DNA of 64,000 bases. Origin: Basidiobolus meristosporus CBS 931.73. Lineage: Eukaryota; Fungi; Basidiobolomycota. Where the stretch lies: assembly GCA_002104905.1 (NCBI GenBank), contig MCFE01000364.1, forward strand, positions 23,191 to 87,190. The letters run 5' to 3'. Made by a program: the position numbers and the translations under genes. Shown here in pieces: positions 12,570-25,400 of the stretch (the first letter of the stretch is position 1; every line of letters starts with the position of its first letter). Below the pieces are notes generated by a model that saw only the letters and a program-made list of their open reading frames with translations, was not told the DNA's origin and made no database searches.

Positions 12570-14453
12570 GATAGTCCTCCAATCAGGTTAATTCTCCCTC
12601 TCTCAAATGGTCTCATATGCTCTAAGATGAAGAGCTTAGTAATTTCATGTGGTTGGCATTGGTTCGTTTGGCAGTTGGGCATGTTATCACCAGCTTCTCA
12701 ATACCTTGTCTCATGCTAGGCCACCATGCTCTGGCTTTCACAAGGATTTGACTCCATTGATTGTTCCACTCTAGCATAATGGCTTCCCTGAGTTTGATGT
12801 CATTTACCATAAGTATTCTTTGCTCATATGGAGGGTGGGTTCCAAGTCTTCTTCAGGTTCACCTTCTATGCTATCATGCTTAAGGGCTCCAATGCAGTTG
12901 AAGGTTCTACATGACTGATATACATTTCTTCTCTGAGGGCAGTATTCTGACATATGTCCTTACTGGTGGCACTTAATGCAAGGCCCATTCTTCCCATATT
13001 CATCTAAGGTAGGATTGTCCTGCCTAGCATCTTTGTTATTTGGAACTACTGTTAATGGTCTTCTATCACAGAAATATGAGTCTTTCTGATTTGTCACTGT
13101 AGGCTTTCTGGCTAAAAAAAAAGCTGAGTCATAGTCAATGGCAATCTTGATGGCTTCTGCAATAGTCTGAGGTCTTGAATAATTTACTTTCTTCCAAGTT
13201 CCTTGTTTGAATCTATCAATACAATATTCCACTTGATGAAGGGGAGGCATTATTTCAGTTTGCCAAAGCAGACATCTATACTCATATATATTCTTGAACC
13301 ATTCCTCTCTGTCTGAGGGTCTTCAGCTTCCGTCTTAACAGTTGTTGCTGATGTGAAGGCTCAAAACAATCCTGCATTTCTGACATAAACTCATCACAGG
13401 TAGAGAAAGTAGAGCTTCCCATCTTGGTAACTGACCAAATCTTGTTGTGGTATCACTACAAAACTGTATCTGCAAAGTATATGGCTACACAATGAAACAT
13501 GCTTTCTGGAGCAATTCCTTTGGCCTTGAAAGCTTCTTTGCTTGGAGGTGCCAAGTTCTTAAGTTTTCATTGAGTCCACTGTGGTACTGATTGACCTTCA
13601 CACTAAAGTTGTTCTTGTGAGGGCTTTGCTGGCACTAGGCAATGGTGGTCATTCAATATTGTTGCTGGCTGGGGATCTGGAGTACCTGATGCTGTTTGGC
13701 CAGGATTTGCTGCATAGCATTGATTCATTCTTAATTCTCAGACACTGTGAAGGCGGCTTCTTTATTCTTCAGGAGGGAGGTTGCAGGCTGTTTCTGCTAC
13801 CAATGTTACAAGTCTTGATACATGAGTTGTAGAATAGGGAGCTTAGCCAGTAATATACTGCGCAAGCTTAAACAGGTCTGTTTAGAGGCTCAAGTTGCTA
13901 CTTGAATACATTTTGCTAGGTCAATTACTGACTGATTGTATTTGCTAATGTATGTTGTGGCTGAAGACTCTTTTGATTTTGTCATCTTCACTAGCTAGTA
14001 CATAAGCAACATATGCTTTGCTATTTGCAGTAAATCTACTGATGAATTAGCTGACTATTACCACTAGTATGATAGAGAATAGTGAATTACTGATAGGCTA
14101 AACTTAAATACAAATATATTCAGCTAAAAACTGACCTATTTTAAACATTATAGAGCAGTGCATATCACTAAGAAGCCATGGCTACTTCAAAACCCTATAA
14201 AAGTAATTTGATCCCCTGCTGGATTCAGTTCAGATCAGCTATTATGATCACGCAATGATGCCATTGTAATCCTGGCAGGTTGAAATTATTTGCCCTTTAC
14301 ACAAGCTTATAGCAGGATTGCAACCACACTAGCCACTACCATGGCAGTACAGCAGCCTACAGCTAGTCATATATTGCGCAACTATGCCACTTCACCTAGG
14401 TATTCCCCTTTGCTACCTCCCTTTGCACCATTTATATATTCCGTTGTAAAATC

Positions 14454-17400
14454 TGTTGCAATTTATGAAGTGATTTGGATATAAGGAACTTATCAAGAAA
14501 CAGTGGTAGTGGTTAAACTGTTGTTTATCAATAAAGAAGCTCAGTATTTATACCTTTGTAGAAGTAATACAGCTGTAACACTAAGTCAGGGGGTTTATCA
14601 ATATTCAGGACCATGCTGTAATAGTTTCAGGGTTAGTATATCATAGTTAATATTAGTGCTAATTTGATTCTGATCATAGGGGAACATTCATAAGATCATA
14701 GATCTGAAGAAAGTGGCAGATTTAGAGCTGTAAATTAGTCCAACAGTGACCAAGACTAGTCCACAATTTTTAGGTAAACTTTTAGCTGTAGAATGATACC
14801 AAATAGTTCAATATTTCAACACTCCCCCCAATTAAATAGTTTCTTAATCCTAATTCCTCCCAGAGATTCTCCAATTGTGGCCTAGCTAGTGGTTTTGCCA
14901 ATATATCTGCCACCATTTTGTTAGTTGGGCAGTACACTAACTCTACTAAGTTATTTTCTACAGCTTCCCTCACAAAATGATGCTGTATATAATGTGCTTA
15001 GTTCTGGCATGATTTGTAGGAATTCTAGCTAATGAAATACAACCTTGATTATCCTGGTAAATACATGTTGGTTCATCTGAATTAAAGCCTAAGTCTTTAA
15101 GTAATTTTTGTAGCCATGTAGACTCCTGAGTTGCATGACATGAAGCCATATATTCTGCTTCAGTTGTAGATAGGGCCACAGTTGGTTGTTTCTTTCAGTT
15201 GCAAGTAATAGTTGCACCGGCATAATGAAATACATACCCTGTGGTAGAGCGTCAGTCAATCAGATCCCTACCCCAATCTGAATCACTATAACAATCAATT
15301 TTTTGCCTATCAGCAGGTTATCTTGATCTTGTAGACCCATCTACATCCTATTGGCTTTCTCCCATTTGGTAAATCTACCAGTTTCCATGTTCTCGCCTTG
15401 ATCAGTGATTGGCACTCCTCCTGCATGGCTTGTTGCCTCATAGTAGCATCTGGACTTTGCATTGCACGCTCCAGATTCTGAGGTTTGGCACATAAAGCAA
15501 GATGAGCTTCTTCATGATCATTGGATGTCTGCCACCAGGATCCAGGGGCATTTCTTATTCTGGTAGATCTCCTAACTGGGATAATCTGTTCTGATCTGGA
15601 ACTGGTAGAAGTATCTTCTGTATCTGGCTGAATTTGGTATGTATCTTCTTCATTAGTGTTGATTGCATCATCAGGCGGCTAGCCAATGAAATCTGTGGCT
15701 TTCTGATCTGCATTCTCCTCAAATAAAACATCCCTGCTCTTGATCAGCTACTGAATTTTGCCATCAAACACTCTATACCCTTTAGTATCTTCACAATACC
15801 CATGAAAGATCCCTTTCCTACTCATTGGTTCCAACTTTAAGTGTTTTTGTCAGGGATGTGAAAAAAATATCACTGCCAAAGATCTTGAGGTGCTGGAGAT
15901 CTGGTTTTTTGCTTGAATATGCTCCAAAGGGTGTAGAATCACGTAGTGCTGTTTTTGGGCATCTGTTCTTGATGTATACAGTGGAAGCAACAGATTCAGC
16001 CCAAAACTTGTAGTTCATTCCCTTATCATGTAGCATAGATCTTCCCATCTCTACTATTGCTCTATTTGCACATTCTGCTACTCCATTTTGCTGTGGAGTA
16101 TGAGGAACTGTAGTCTGTTGAAGTATACCAGTAGACAAGCAGAATTTTGTAAACTCCTTTGAACAGTGTTCTCCTCCATTGTCACTTTGTAGTACCTTGA
16201 ATTTAGACCCAGTTTATGTTTCTGCCATGTTCTTGAGGTGCTTAAATGTCTCTAAAGTATCATTCTTTGTTTTGAGGAAGTACACCCATGTATATCTTGT
16301 TTTGTCATCAATACACGTCATAAAGTATCTCTTGGCTCCAAAGGACAGTGTTGTCATGGGGTCACATATGTCTGAGTGTACAATAGCCAATATTTTGGTG
16401 GTATTGATGCCTTCTGAGCTCCTGAAACATTGCCTAGCTTGTTTGCTATATGAACATCCCTTACAAACATTCAATTTGATTGGAATCAAGTATTATAGGC
16501 CCAAAACAAGCAGATTTTTCTCCAATCGGCTCATTTTCTGTTCCCCAATGTGTCCTAGCTGCTTATGCCACGTCTCCCAGTTGATTTCATCAGTTTCAGC
16601 AATGCTAACATACTCAAGTTCAATGATTTTGCATTGTAACTTGTATATATTGTGATCTCTGATTCCCAAAGCTAATTTTTGTCCATTTATATTCAATATT
16701 GAGCAGCTCATCTTAGTAAAAACAAATTTCAGTCCCTGAGCAGTTGCTTTACTGACTGAGAGTAAGTTCTTAGCTATTCCAGGTACATTGAGTACATCAG
16801 TGAGTCTTGCTGTTGTTGCCCCTGAGCTATTGCTCATATTTAGTTGTATAGACCCACTTGCAGTAGCTTCCAGAGCAGAGTTATCTCCCAGATAAACCTT
16901 TCTTGTGGGAATAGTCTTTAAGTTGCAGAACCACTCCTTAATACCATAAATATACTGTGAGGCTTGAGAGTCAATATGCCATTCATTACTTTGGTTACTT
17001 GCACTCTCTTGTGCAGTTACAAATAACTGTTCATCAGTAGTTGTATAGTTTGCTTGCTCTAGTTTCTGTCTTTTGTCTGCTTGTTTCTTCTGGCATTCTC
17101 TTGCCCAGTGTCCTTGCTTTTTACAATAGTTGCAGCAACCAGGTTTTCTTTGGTTTTGTTGCTTTCTGTTCTTTTCTGAGTCCCTTTCTGAACTGACTAA
17201 AGCATTATCTTCAACTTTCTCTGCTTGCTCATTATGTCTGAGTTCTTCATGGAGAAATCTCCCTTTGAAATAGTCTATAGTCAAATTGTCTTCCCTGCTT
17301 TCAAAAGAAAGTATGAGTGGCTCATACTTGTATGGTAGGCTGCAAAGCAGACAGAGTATCTGTTGTGTTGTATTATGATTAGTTTGGGGCTTGTTCTACA

Positions 17401-19468
17401 ATGTAGAGGCTAATCAAAAATATACAACAACTTCCAGTATGCTAATACTGAAATAGTTTATTGGGAGTTTGATATACCAATAGAAGATATAACTTTCACT
17501 AATTTCCTCAATCTTAGGCTCAAAATATACTGTAGGCAGTATTTATCACTTCTACAGCAGTATTCTGACCTTCTGTCAACTAATGGGCTTATTTACTTTT
17601 ATAGTAACTTTTCCTTATTTGGAAGTCACTTTCCTTTCTGAGAAAATATTTCCTATATGGAAATTCTGAACTCCCCTTTAACTTAAAGGGGTGTGTTGTA
17701 GAAGTCTCTAAAGGGGTCTTTAGACATAAAGGGGTGTCTAAAGGGGTGTCTTTAGAGTAAAGGGGCTTCTTGTAGTGGTCTCTAAAGTGGTCTTTACACT
17801 AAAAGGGTTCCTAAAGGGGCTTCTTTAGAGTAAAGGGGTTTCTCAAAGGGGTCTCTAAAGGGGTCTTTGGACTAAAGGGGTGTCTAAAGGGGTGTCTTTA
17901 GAGTAAAGGGGTTTCTTAGAGGGGACTTTTCCAACAGAAAAGTGGTAGTTTCTTGTAGAACTTAGATTGGAGTCTTGTGAGCGTTGCAGTCTCTTTACTA
18001 ATGCAGTACTGATCAAAGTCAGATTACTCAACAGTGCAAGTGATGCAGGGGAAGTCTTATAACCTTTAAACTTGTAATTGTAGTGTGGAGATTCTGGAAA
18101 GAGAGGCTCTCTCTTTATTTTTCAGCTGGGGAAGTCTTATATATATGAAAATTTCAAAGGATCAAAGTTTTTGAGCAATTGCGCAAGCAATACACATGAT
18201 ACAAAGCTAAAATTTTGCAGTGGCGCAGATCGGACATAGGCGCAGCACCTGTAAATTTTTCACACGATTTGATTGGCTGGTTCAAAAGTTACACATGATC
18301 AAAGTCACCATAGTAATCCTGGCCATAAGGCATAATATATTTAATAGTTGGACTCTTTTGGTCATAACTCCTTAAGTACTGCTTCAAATGAGCTGTAATT
18401 TGAAACATGTGTTGGCTACTACGTGTTCTGTATGATATAATATTCTTGGGTGGATTGCTTGTCAGGGTCTGGAGCATTTGTTCTTCAAAGCTGGAAATTC
18501 TTGATCTTTCACTTGTGTGTTATGATAGCAAAAAGTAAAATAAAGATATGAGTGCAATATTGGTTTAGAGTTATTGTAGTAATGGAATACTTTGCATTAC
18601 CACATATCTTTTCTTCATCATCTACACCAGCATTGATACTGTAAAGTTCTTCTGCAAGTGTCTCCACTCTGGTAATGACTTGTAGCATGTCATCATCTGG
18701 CTTTTTCCCCATGTTGAAGAACTTTTGTTTGAATAAAGCTTCCTTGATACTGACTTTGACCTTAAGATCTTCTCTAAGGATTTCCATGTTGCTTTGGCAG
18801 TATTTGAGGCGTAGATTTGTTCAATGAAGGAATCTTGCACATTGATGCATATGGCATTATAGGTCTTTCTCTCCTTCTCTTGAAACTTCTCCACTTCTTC
18901 CGCTGTTCCTTTGGGCACAACTTCTTTTCCTGTGACTATATTCCAAAGCTTTCCTTCCTCAAGATGGATCTGCATCTTGATTCTCCAAAGCCTGTAGTTC
19001 ATTCCATCAAACCTCTCCTTTACAGGAAAGATGTTTATGTTGTTCTGTTTACTGGTAGAAGTCACCTTTGGAATAGATTAAGGCAGTTGGGGCTCATAAC
19101 CTGTTGCAATTTAAGAAGTGATTTGGATATAAGGAACTTATCAAGAAATAGTGGTAATAGTTGAACTGTTGTTTATTAATAAAGAAGCTCAGTACTTATA
19201 CCTTTGTGGAAGTAATACAGCTGTAGCACTAAGTCAGGGGGTTTATCAATATTCAGGACCATTCTGTAATAGTTTCAGGGTTAGTATATCATAGTTAGTA
19301 TTAGTGCTAATTTGATTCTGCCTATAGGGGAACATTCATAAGATCATAGATCTGAAGAAAGTGGCAGATTTAGAGCTGTAAACTGGTCCAACAGTTACCA
19401 AGACTAGTCCACAATTTTAGGTAAGTTTTTAGCTGCAGAATGATACCAAATAGTTCAATATTTCAACA
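14454..19468 (-). mobile_element. Ty1/Copia LTR retrotransposon 1 (most of RT deleted; solo LTR inserted in gag)
   Basis: LTRs at 14454-14821 and 19102-19468 (TGTTG..CAACA). TSD AAATC/GAATC. PBS GGTTATGAGCCCC and PPT GGGGGGAG. Gag ERFDGMNYRLW, CNYCKKQGHWAREC knuckle, WHIDSQAS protease, integrase IVHSDICD..QQNGVAE, and RNase H ALSTTEAEYM. Confidence 0.95.
17361..18604. mobile_element. 1244-bp solo-LTR-like insert, family D copy 1
   Basis: TGTTGTG..TACCACA termini and 4-bp TSD TATC (17357-17360, 18605-18608). Interrupts Copia gag. Near-identical copy at 48524-49764. Confidence 0.85.
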
Positions 19469-19767
19469 GAATCATTGTAATTTACTTGCTTACCAATTAT
19501 CACTAAGAAGAAATTTCAAATACTACTCAAATAAACAAAGCTATGGCCTCTAGCTTCCTATCCTCTGCATAGGCACATACACTTGCTGCAATTGGCACTC
19601 TTCTATCACTTTAACTATACAGCTTTTTGGTTTGATATTCTAAAGGTTGCCCTATGCCTTTTGCTAACAGTAGCACAAACATCCTGCAAACATATGCTTG
19701 CCTGATGCCACTTTTTACCTGAAAACCTTGTGAATATCTGAAAGATACTTTTTTGTACTAAGCAAAT

Positions 19768-20236
19768 GGGTTTGTTCCAATGGATGCTGCCACATTGAGC
19801 CATGAGTGCTAAATAGTGCCATTAAGTGCCAGAGAGGCATAGCCATCCTAAGCTTGGCTACCGACTGTGAAGCATAGCTATTTATCTTCATGCAAAGCAC
19901 CCACTGTGTTTCACCCCCCATGCTGAAGAAAATCAATTTTTTTGACCTTTTTTTTGATAATGTTGCGCAGGATGTGTACAAGCACAGACGGACTGAAGTC
20001 ATGCATCTGTTACTCAATGCCCTTGGCACTCTAAATCTAGCTCCTGTGGCTTGTATCATATCACCAACAAGCCTAGCACTATCTTGGTCCACTGATACCC
20101 TCTAGCTTCATATTTAAGTATTTGCACCAAAGTCAAACCTATACAAAGCACTTATAGTGCAGAATGGTATCTCTGGCAGACAATGCCACTATTTGCATCC
20201 ATGGCTTAGTGTGGCACTATCAAGTGGAACAAGTCT
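19768..20236. mobile_element. Asymmetric PHIS-family MITE (one long arm and a short right terminus)
   Basis: Ends GGAACAAGTCT and has a degenerate left TIR. The body aligns with the left arm and spacer of the foldback elements at 36602 and 46310. Confidence 0.75.
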
Positions 20237-21399
20237 ACTGACTAAAATTGTGCTGATACTAATTGAGATTCAAGCAGCTCCTAATATGCATTTTGCCAGA
20301 TAAAGAGCTGACTAATTGTATTTCTTGATGTATTTTGTGGTTGATTACTCTTTTCATTTAATCATCCTCACCCAATTAGATCTTACTTGATATAAATATT
20401 TATGTCTGATAATAATCTCCTGACTAATACTCCTGATTTTATAAGTAACACTGGTATTGTGATAGGCTTGGCATCAAATTAGTTGCTTTAACTAAAAATC
20501 AATTCAAATTTGTTATACAAGCATCAGATCATAACATTATCAGCAAGTCTGGAAAGCTTTTTGTTGGTAAACTAAGTCTGCTTGAGGAACTGTGTGACTG
20601 TCTGCTAATTTATAAGCTATACATATACTCTTTCAGATAATACAGGATTGTACTCTGCATTGAAGCTCAAGTATCTTGCTATTCTTTCTTCTAAGTGCCC
20701 AATAGATCTCCAACTACAAATGCTTATAGTACTCTAGTCTGAACGGAGACTACTGTTTTTTGGGCATTCTTGGACCCTGAGTGTTTGCTACCTAACCAAT
20801 TTGTTCCTACTATTGATGTCAATTCAACTGACTGAGCTCACATTCCATGATGCCTAAGATCTCGGGATGTAAGAGTTCTCCTATAGTCCTTGGTTTGCAG
20901 CAAGTTACTGCATAAAATAATAACTTTCAGGTAGTGTTGTATATTGTGACCCTGCAGGCAAACAATGTTTGCACTTTTGTGAATAGACACAAGGCAAGTG
21001 TGTTGAGCTAGCCAAGGAAAGATCAGGAAAGAACTTGAGTGTTAATGAACAAGGCAAGGCAGGTTCATGGCAAGGTTGCTTATTCAAGGCCTGTATTGAC
21101 CAGACTTGGGAGCACATATGGGAGGATGGGTCTACACACTTTTTTAGCAATATATATGCTAAGTGATATTGACAAAAAATAATGATATTAAGAGGTGAGT
21201 CATGTTATGTGCGGCTAGATACAAATGCGCTAAAGAAGGAACTAGAATATCACATGGGGATATGCAGGTGGGGAGTGATTGTGTAACTTAGTCATGTGAT
21301 ATGTGATTAGCATTAATGCTATCAAACAACACAAGTTTCAGTGAGAAGCTTCATGCAAGAGGCTTCATTGTGTGGTGTATACTTGAGAGTTTCATGAAG

Positions 21400-24300
21400 C
21401 TGATGGAATATACTGTACTTCTAGTACAGGGGTATCTTCACCAAGTTGTTCTGGCCTATTCATCTAAGACCATTAATATCAGGTGATTATGACATGGTCT
21501 TCATCTTGTTTCATATTCTGCTGGATCACCTGGCATACTTGGTGAATAATTACTAGATGGCTTATTAACCTCTGTATGACTGCATTGGTTCTAATGTGTC
21601 TAAGTCAAAGCACACACTCCTTAGTCTACTGCATTTCAATGCAGAACTCAGATACCTCAGCCGTAAATTTGCTCATTATTCAGATGAGATTACCACTAGC
21701 CTTTCAAACTTCATCTGAATCTCATGGTAAGCTGTACTTGCTACTTCCTGTCTACTACTACTGGTACAGCTTTGGGTAATAACTGCTTAGCAACCTGATG
21801 AGGTACTACTAGAGCTCATTGGTTTGATTACCTGGTGGCTGGTAGTTTCCAGTAAAGTCAATCTCTCTTCTCTTAGATGAGTGCACAAGCTCCATGAAAA
21901 AGTGTCATTTGGTTTGTTTTCATGACTTTGACTGATTTGATAACCTGTTTATATGAATAATAGCTTCCAAGTATGTTGCTGAACTTTGAGCTGCCAGGCT
22001 CTGACTTTTGGAGAGCTGTAAACTCTGTCAACTGAAAGATGTCTGTGCCCACTATGTAGCTCTTGTAATATGTCCAGATAAGAGACAAAAGGGCAGTATA
22101 CAGGGAAACCTCTACCAGCTACATGGCTTTGCTTCACCTTACAATACAAGTGCACTGGATTTATGCTGGACTGTGCTCTGAATACCTTTGTCCATCACTT
22201 TGGGAGTGCCCTGGTGCGCAAGGTACTTTGTCACAGATTGAGCCAATATGGGTCATGCACCAGTTGAGTTGTGCCACTAGTCATATTCTCTATAGGGCTT
22301 TCATGACCATTGAAGCTTGTACATCACAATGCAAAACATCTAGTTCATATAATCAAGCATACCTAGTCTGATCTGTAGTCTACTTGGCTGTACTCTGTAG
22401 GTTAATTTTAACCAGGGTGAAGAGTTATCAGCCTTTTCAATGCCCATGACTCCTTTAATGTAGTATCTCCATGTCTTTGAGCTTTCTGTATAGCAATTGT
22501 CACTTTCTATAGTCACTAGATAGTTTGGTTATGCAAAGCACAGATTCCGAGACTCTAATACAGCCTTGTATATCTTCCTTTCCTATTCCCAACTCACCAC
22601 TTAACCTGCTGAATGATTCACAAGTTTTTTGCAGCACACAACTCTTTCCTGTAATCCTAAATTCTTGAGCTTGGTAGCTTAGCAGCTCCATTTGTAAATG
22701 TCTGAAGGCAGTCTGAATGGCTATATCCCACCATGATATGTGGCCAATCATACAAATACTGGTAAGAGCAGTTGCAATTTTAGCAGAGGATTGGGGGGAA
22801 GGCAAATATTACAATAGCATTGAAAGAATTGCTCAATGCCATATTATAATATGAGGCTTCCTTAGATTCTTAATGTCATCCACTTTGTTAGAAACAAATG
22901 GAACACCAGCATTTATTGCCTTATGCCCCCAATATTAATGGGGCTCTGTTAAAAGCTCAAACTTGGCAAAATTTCTACTCTGCTTGTTTTCTCTTTGCTA
23001 ATTAAAACATTATTCATGTGCACCATGTGGACATAGATTGCTTTGAAGTCCATCAATGGGTCATTACATAGATCTCTGCTGAAATATTGGAATACTTTGT
23101 GAAGATGGTGGGCTTTGGAGTCATCATGTTGCTGAGGCAAAGCTGAGGAGAAATCTGGTGACATGATATTTACAAGTCTGCATCCAGTGTAGAAGCTGCA
23201 AAGACAATATTTGCTGGCTGCAATCTGATCTGGTGTTACCCTTATGTGCAGTCAGTCTTACAGAATATAGGACTTTACCATGCTTGTCTCACAGTACATC
23301 AGTACATTGCTTGGATAACTTATTCATTGGGTATCTATTTTTTGCTTGATTCCCTATCTAAGATCAAGGGTAGATTTACTGAGCTTTTGGTATATGCTGA
23401 GAAAAGATTATGGTGGTATTTCATTAGTATTTTGGTAGTGTTCCTGCTTCAAGTATGCCAATGCAATGCTAAGCAGAAGTAATGAGCTGTGCATTACCAA
23501 ATTTGCTGTTAAGGACACTTGGCCTAATATCTGCCTGGAAAAATGCATGCTATCCCATTGTTAATTTCTCTCTCTTAGAGGTAGTCTTTGGATATCCCAA
23601 GTGCTTCAGCCTTCCTGCCAAACAGCAATGAAACTCCTCATTATGACTTAATGTGTCCACATATTTGTGTTCCTGATAGTTGCCTGATTTTTCTCTTTAA
23701 CTTTTTTGGACTCAGTCACCACTGAGTATTGCCCACATTAGAGGTATCCCCTATGTGACTGGCATAGTCAGCACTGTAGACTTGTAGCTTCTCTGCAAAT
23801 CCAGACTGTCAGTTGGCAATTAACAAATGCTGTTGCCTTTCTGGATCTAAGGAGCATACATCTGTTAATAATTGTTTGTGCAACAATCCAAGAGTCACAG
23901 ATTGGCATTCTCATAGTCAAGCTGGCAGTTCTCCAATATGAGGGCCGGTGAGGCAGCTTCACAGTTATTAACCGTTATCTTAACAGGTTGTTGTCATTCT
24001 TACTGGCTGGGCAAAACAGTTGATAGTATGTATTTGCCAAACAATGTCAACACTGATGTTGGTATGGTGAACCACTGTATTGATACCAGCTCACCAGTTA
24101 AATAAGCTCAGGATTTACTCATCTTATGCTCCAGAATAGCATACAATTTTAACTGATACTCTCTTGATTGCTGCATGCTGGTTAAACAACCTTCTTGCGC
24201 TGGAGCTTAGAAAATACTTAGGCTAAAGCAACTCTAACTTAGTGGTTCTCTTCCAAGCCTATTATGCTATTCAGTCTTTTTTATACTGATGGCATCAGTT

Positions 24301-25400
24301 GGTCAGACCTATGGCTTTTTTGTTATGATTCCCTGTCTCTGTCAAAGGTACACCCTTTTGTTTACCTTTTCCTTTATCTCAGCATGGTCTGTTACTGCTA
24401 CTTTCTCTGAGTGTTCTGTATATTGCCCTACATTTTACCCCTGATTGAAGCTGTCTGGTATACCTGTTTATTCCTGCTTGTCCCTTGCTAGTACTGGCTT
24501 GGCAACTTGACCCTACTTTGCGGCTTGTTTTAGGCTTTCAGTCCCGGTTGTGATGGGTTCCTAGGGAAGCTACTGGCCTTTATCACTACCAAATAATTCA
24601 CTGATTCTTTGGCTGAGTATCCCTTAAATGGAAGTTTGATTTTTCCTCTATAGATGCAGCACTGGTGTATCTATTTATAGCTGGTTGTACATGTTGCAAT
24701 TTAAGAAGTGATTTGGACATAAGGAGCTTATAAAGAAATAACAATAATAGTTGAACTGTTGTTTATTCATAAAGGAGCTCAGTATTTGTATCTTGATAGC
24801 AGTAATACAGCTATAATACTAAGCAAGGAGGGTTTCTCAACAGTCAGGAGCATTTGGAACAGTTTCAGGGTTAGTACATAATGTTTGGTAAAATGCTAAT
24901 TTGATCTAAACTATTTGGCAATAAACATCAAGTCGTAGATCTGAAGAAAGTGGGATAGTTAGGGCTGTATATTAGTTCATACAATGACCAAGACTAGCCT
25001 AGAGTGGCTACGTAAATCTTTAGCTGCTGAATGATACCAAATAGTCTAGTATCTGAGCTGTCCCTTACTAGTGCTCTCCAGAACACCTGAAGTTTCTTTG
25101 CTGCTTGATTGTAGCTTTTGGCTATGTTTGGAACATGCTCTTGAGGAAGCTGCTGGTGTTCAGCAGTAGTACACTTGTTGTTGTGTCTTTGAAAATTTGA
25201 GCTATTCTTGACACACTTATTTGCAATACCAATGCTGGCTAAGACCTAGTTGCTTTTTGACCTCGGAATACTGCTTAGACAACAGTTCCAAGGCATTTAC
25301 TTGATATTGGGCTCCCAATTGTCCCATGGTGCACTCTACCACAAAGTTGTGGCATGCTAAATCTCATGATGCATTGATTATTAGCCTGCTTCTCTTTCTT
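21400..25400 (-). mobile_element. Highly degenerate Gypsy relic (probably family B) containing a Copia solo LTR
   Basis: The reverse complement of ~22440-22720 aligns with the RNase H at 1700-1980. Weak protease-like (LLDCCTNNY) and gag-like remnants lie upstream. Boundaries are approximate. Confidence 0.5.
24692..25060 (-). repeat. Copia solo LTR (same family as 14454-19468)
   Basis: Starts tgttgcaatttaagaagtgatttgga and aligns along its length with 19102-19460. The far end is degenerate and no TSD was confirmed. Confidence 0.85.

Larger units (their letters stand above)
5400..13830 (-). mobile_element. Old Gypsy family B element (gag plus integrase, pol centre deleted), split by the young Gypsy insertion
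   Basis: 12960-13250 is gag-like with a Cys motif. 12622-12810 has VKARAWWPSMRQGIEKLVITCP (integrase zinc-binding region). Removing 5798-12574 rejoins the integrase frame RGRINLIGGLSTTRKCYW*ILVDIDHDTKWPVAK. Confidence 0.75.

Noticed and set aside
17680-17930. Repeat array considered as CRISPR or telomeric repeats
   Set aside because: No unique spacers, irregular unit length and no cas genes. It is internal to a dispersed element present twice.
22740-22830. FAFPP-like peptide suggesting a DIRS/Ngaro methyltransferase, and a LINE-RT-like reading of ORF 22500-22805
   Set aside because: The adjoining sequence aligns with the Gypsy family B RNase H at 1700-1980. I saw no tyrosine recombinase or split or inverted terminal repeats.
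24687-24691. GTACA next to the Copia solo LTR matches the Copia 2 TSD
   Set aside because: The solo LTR is in the opposite orientation, so the match does not hold element-wise. The other flank is degenerate. Treated as coincidence.
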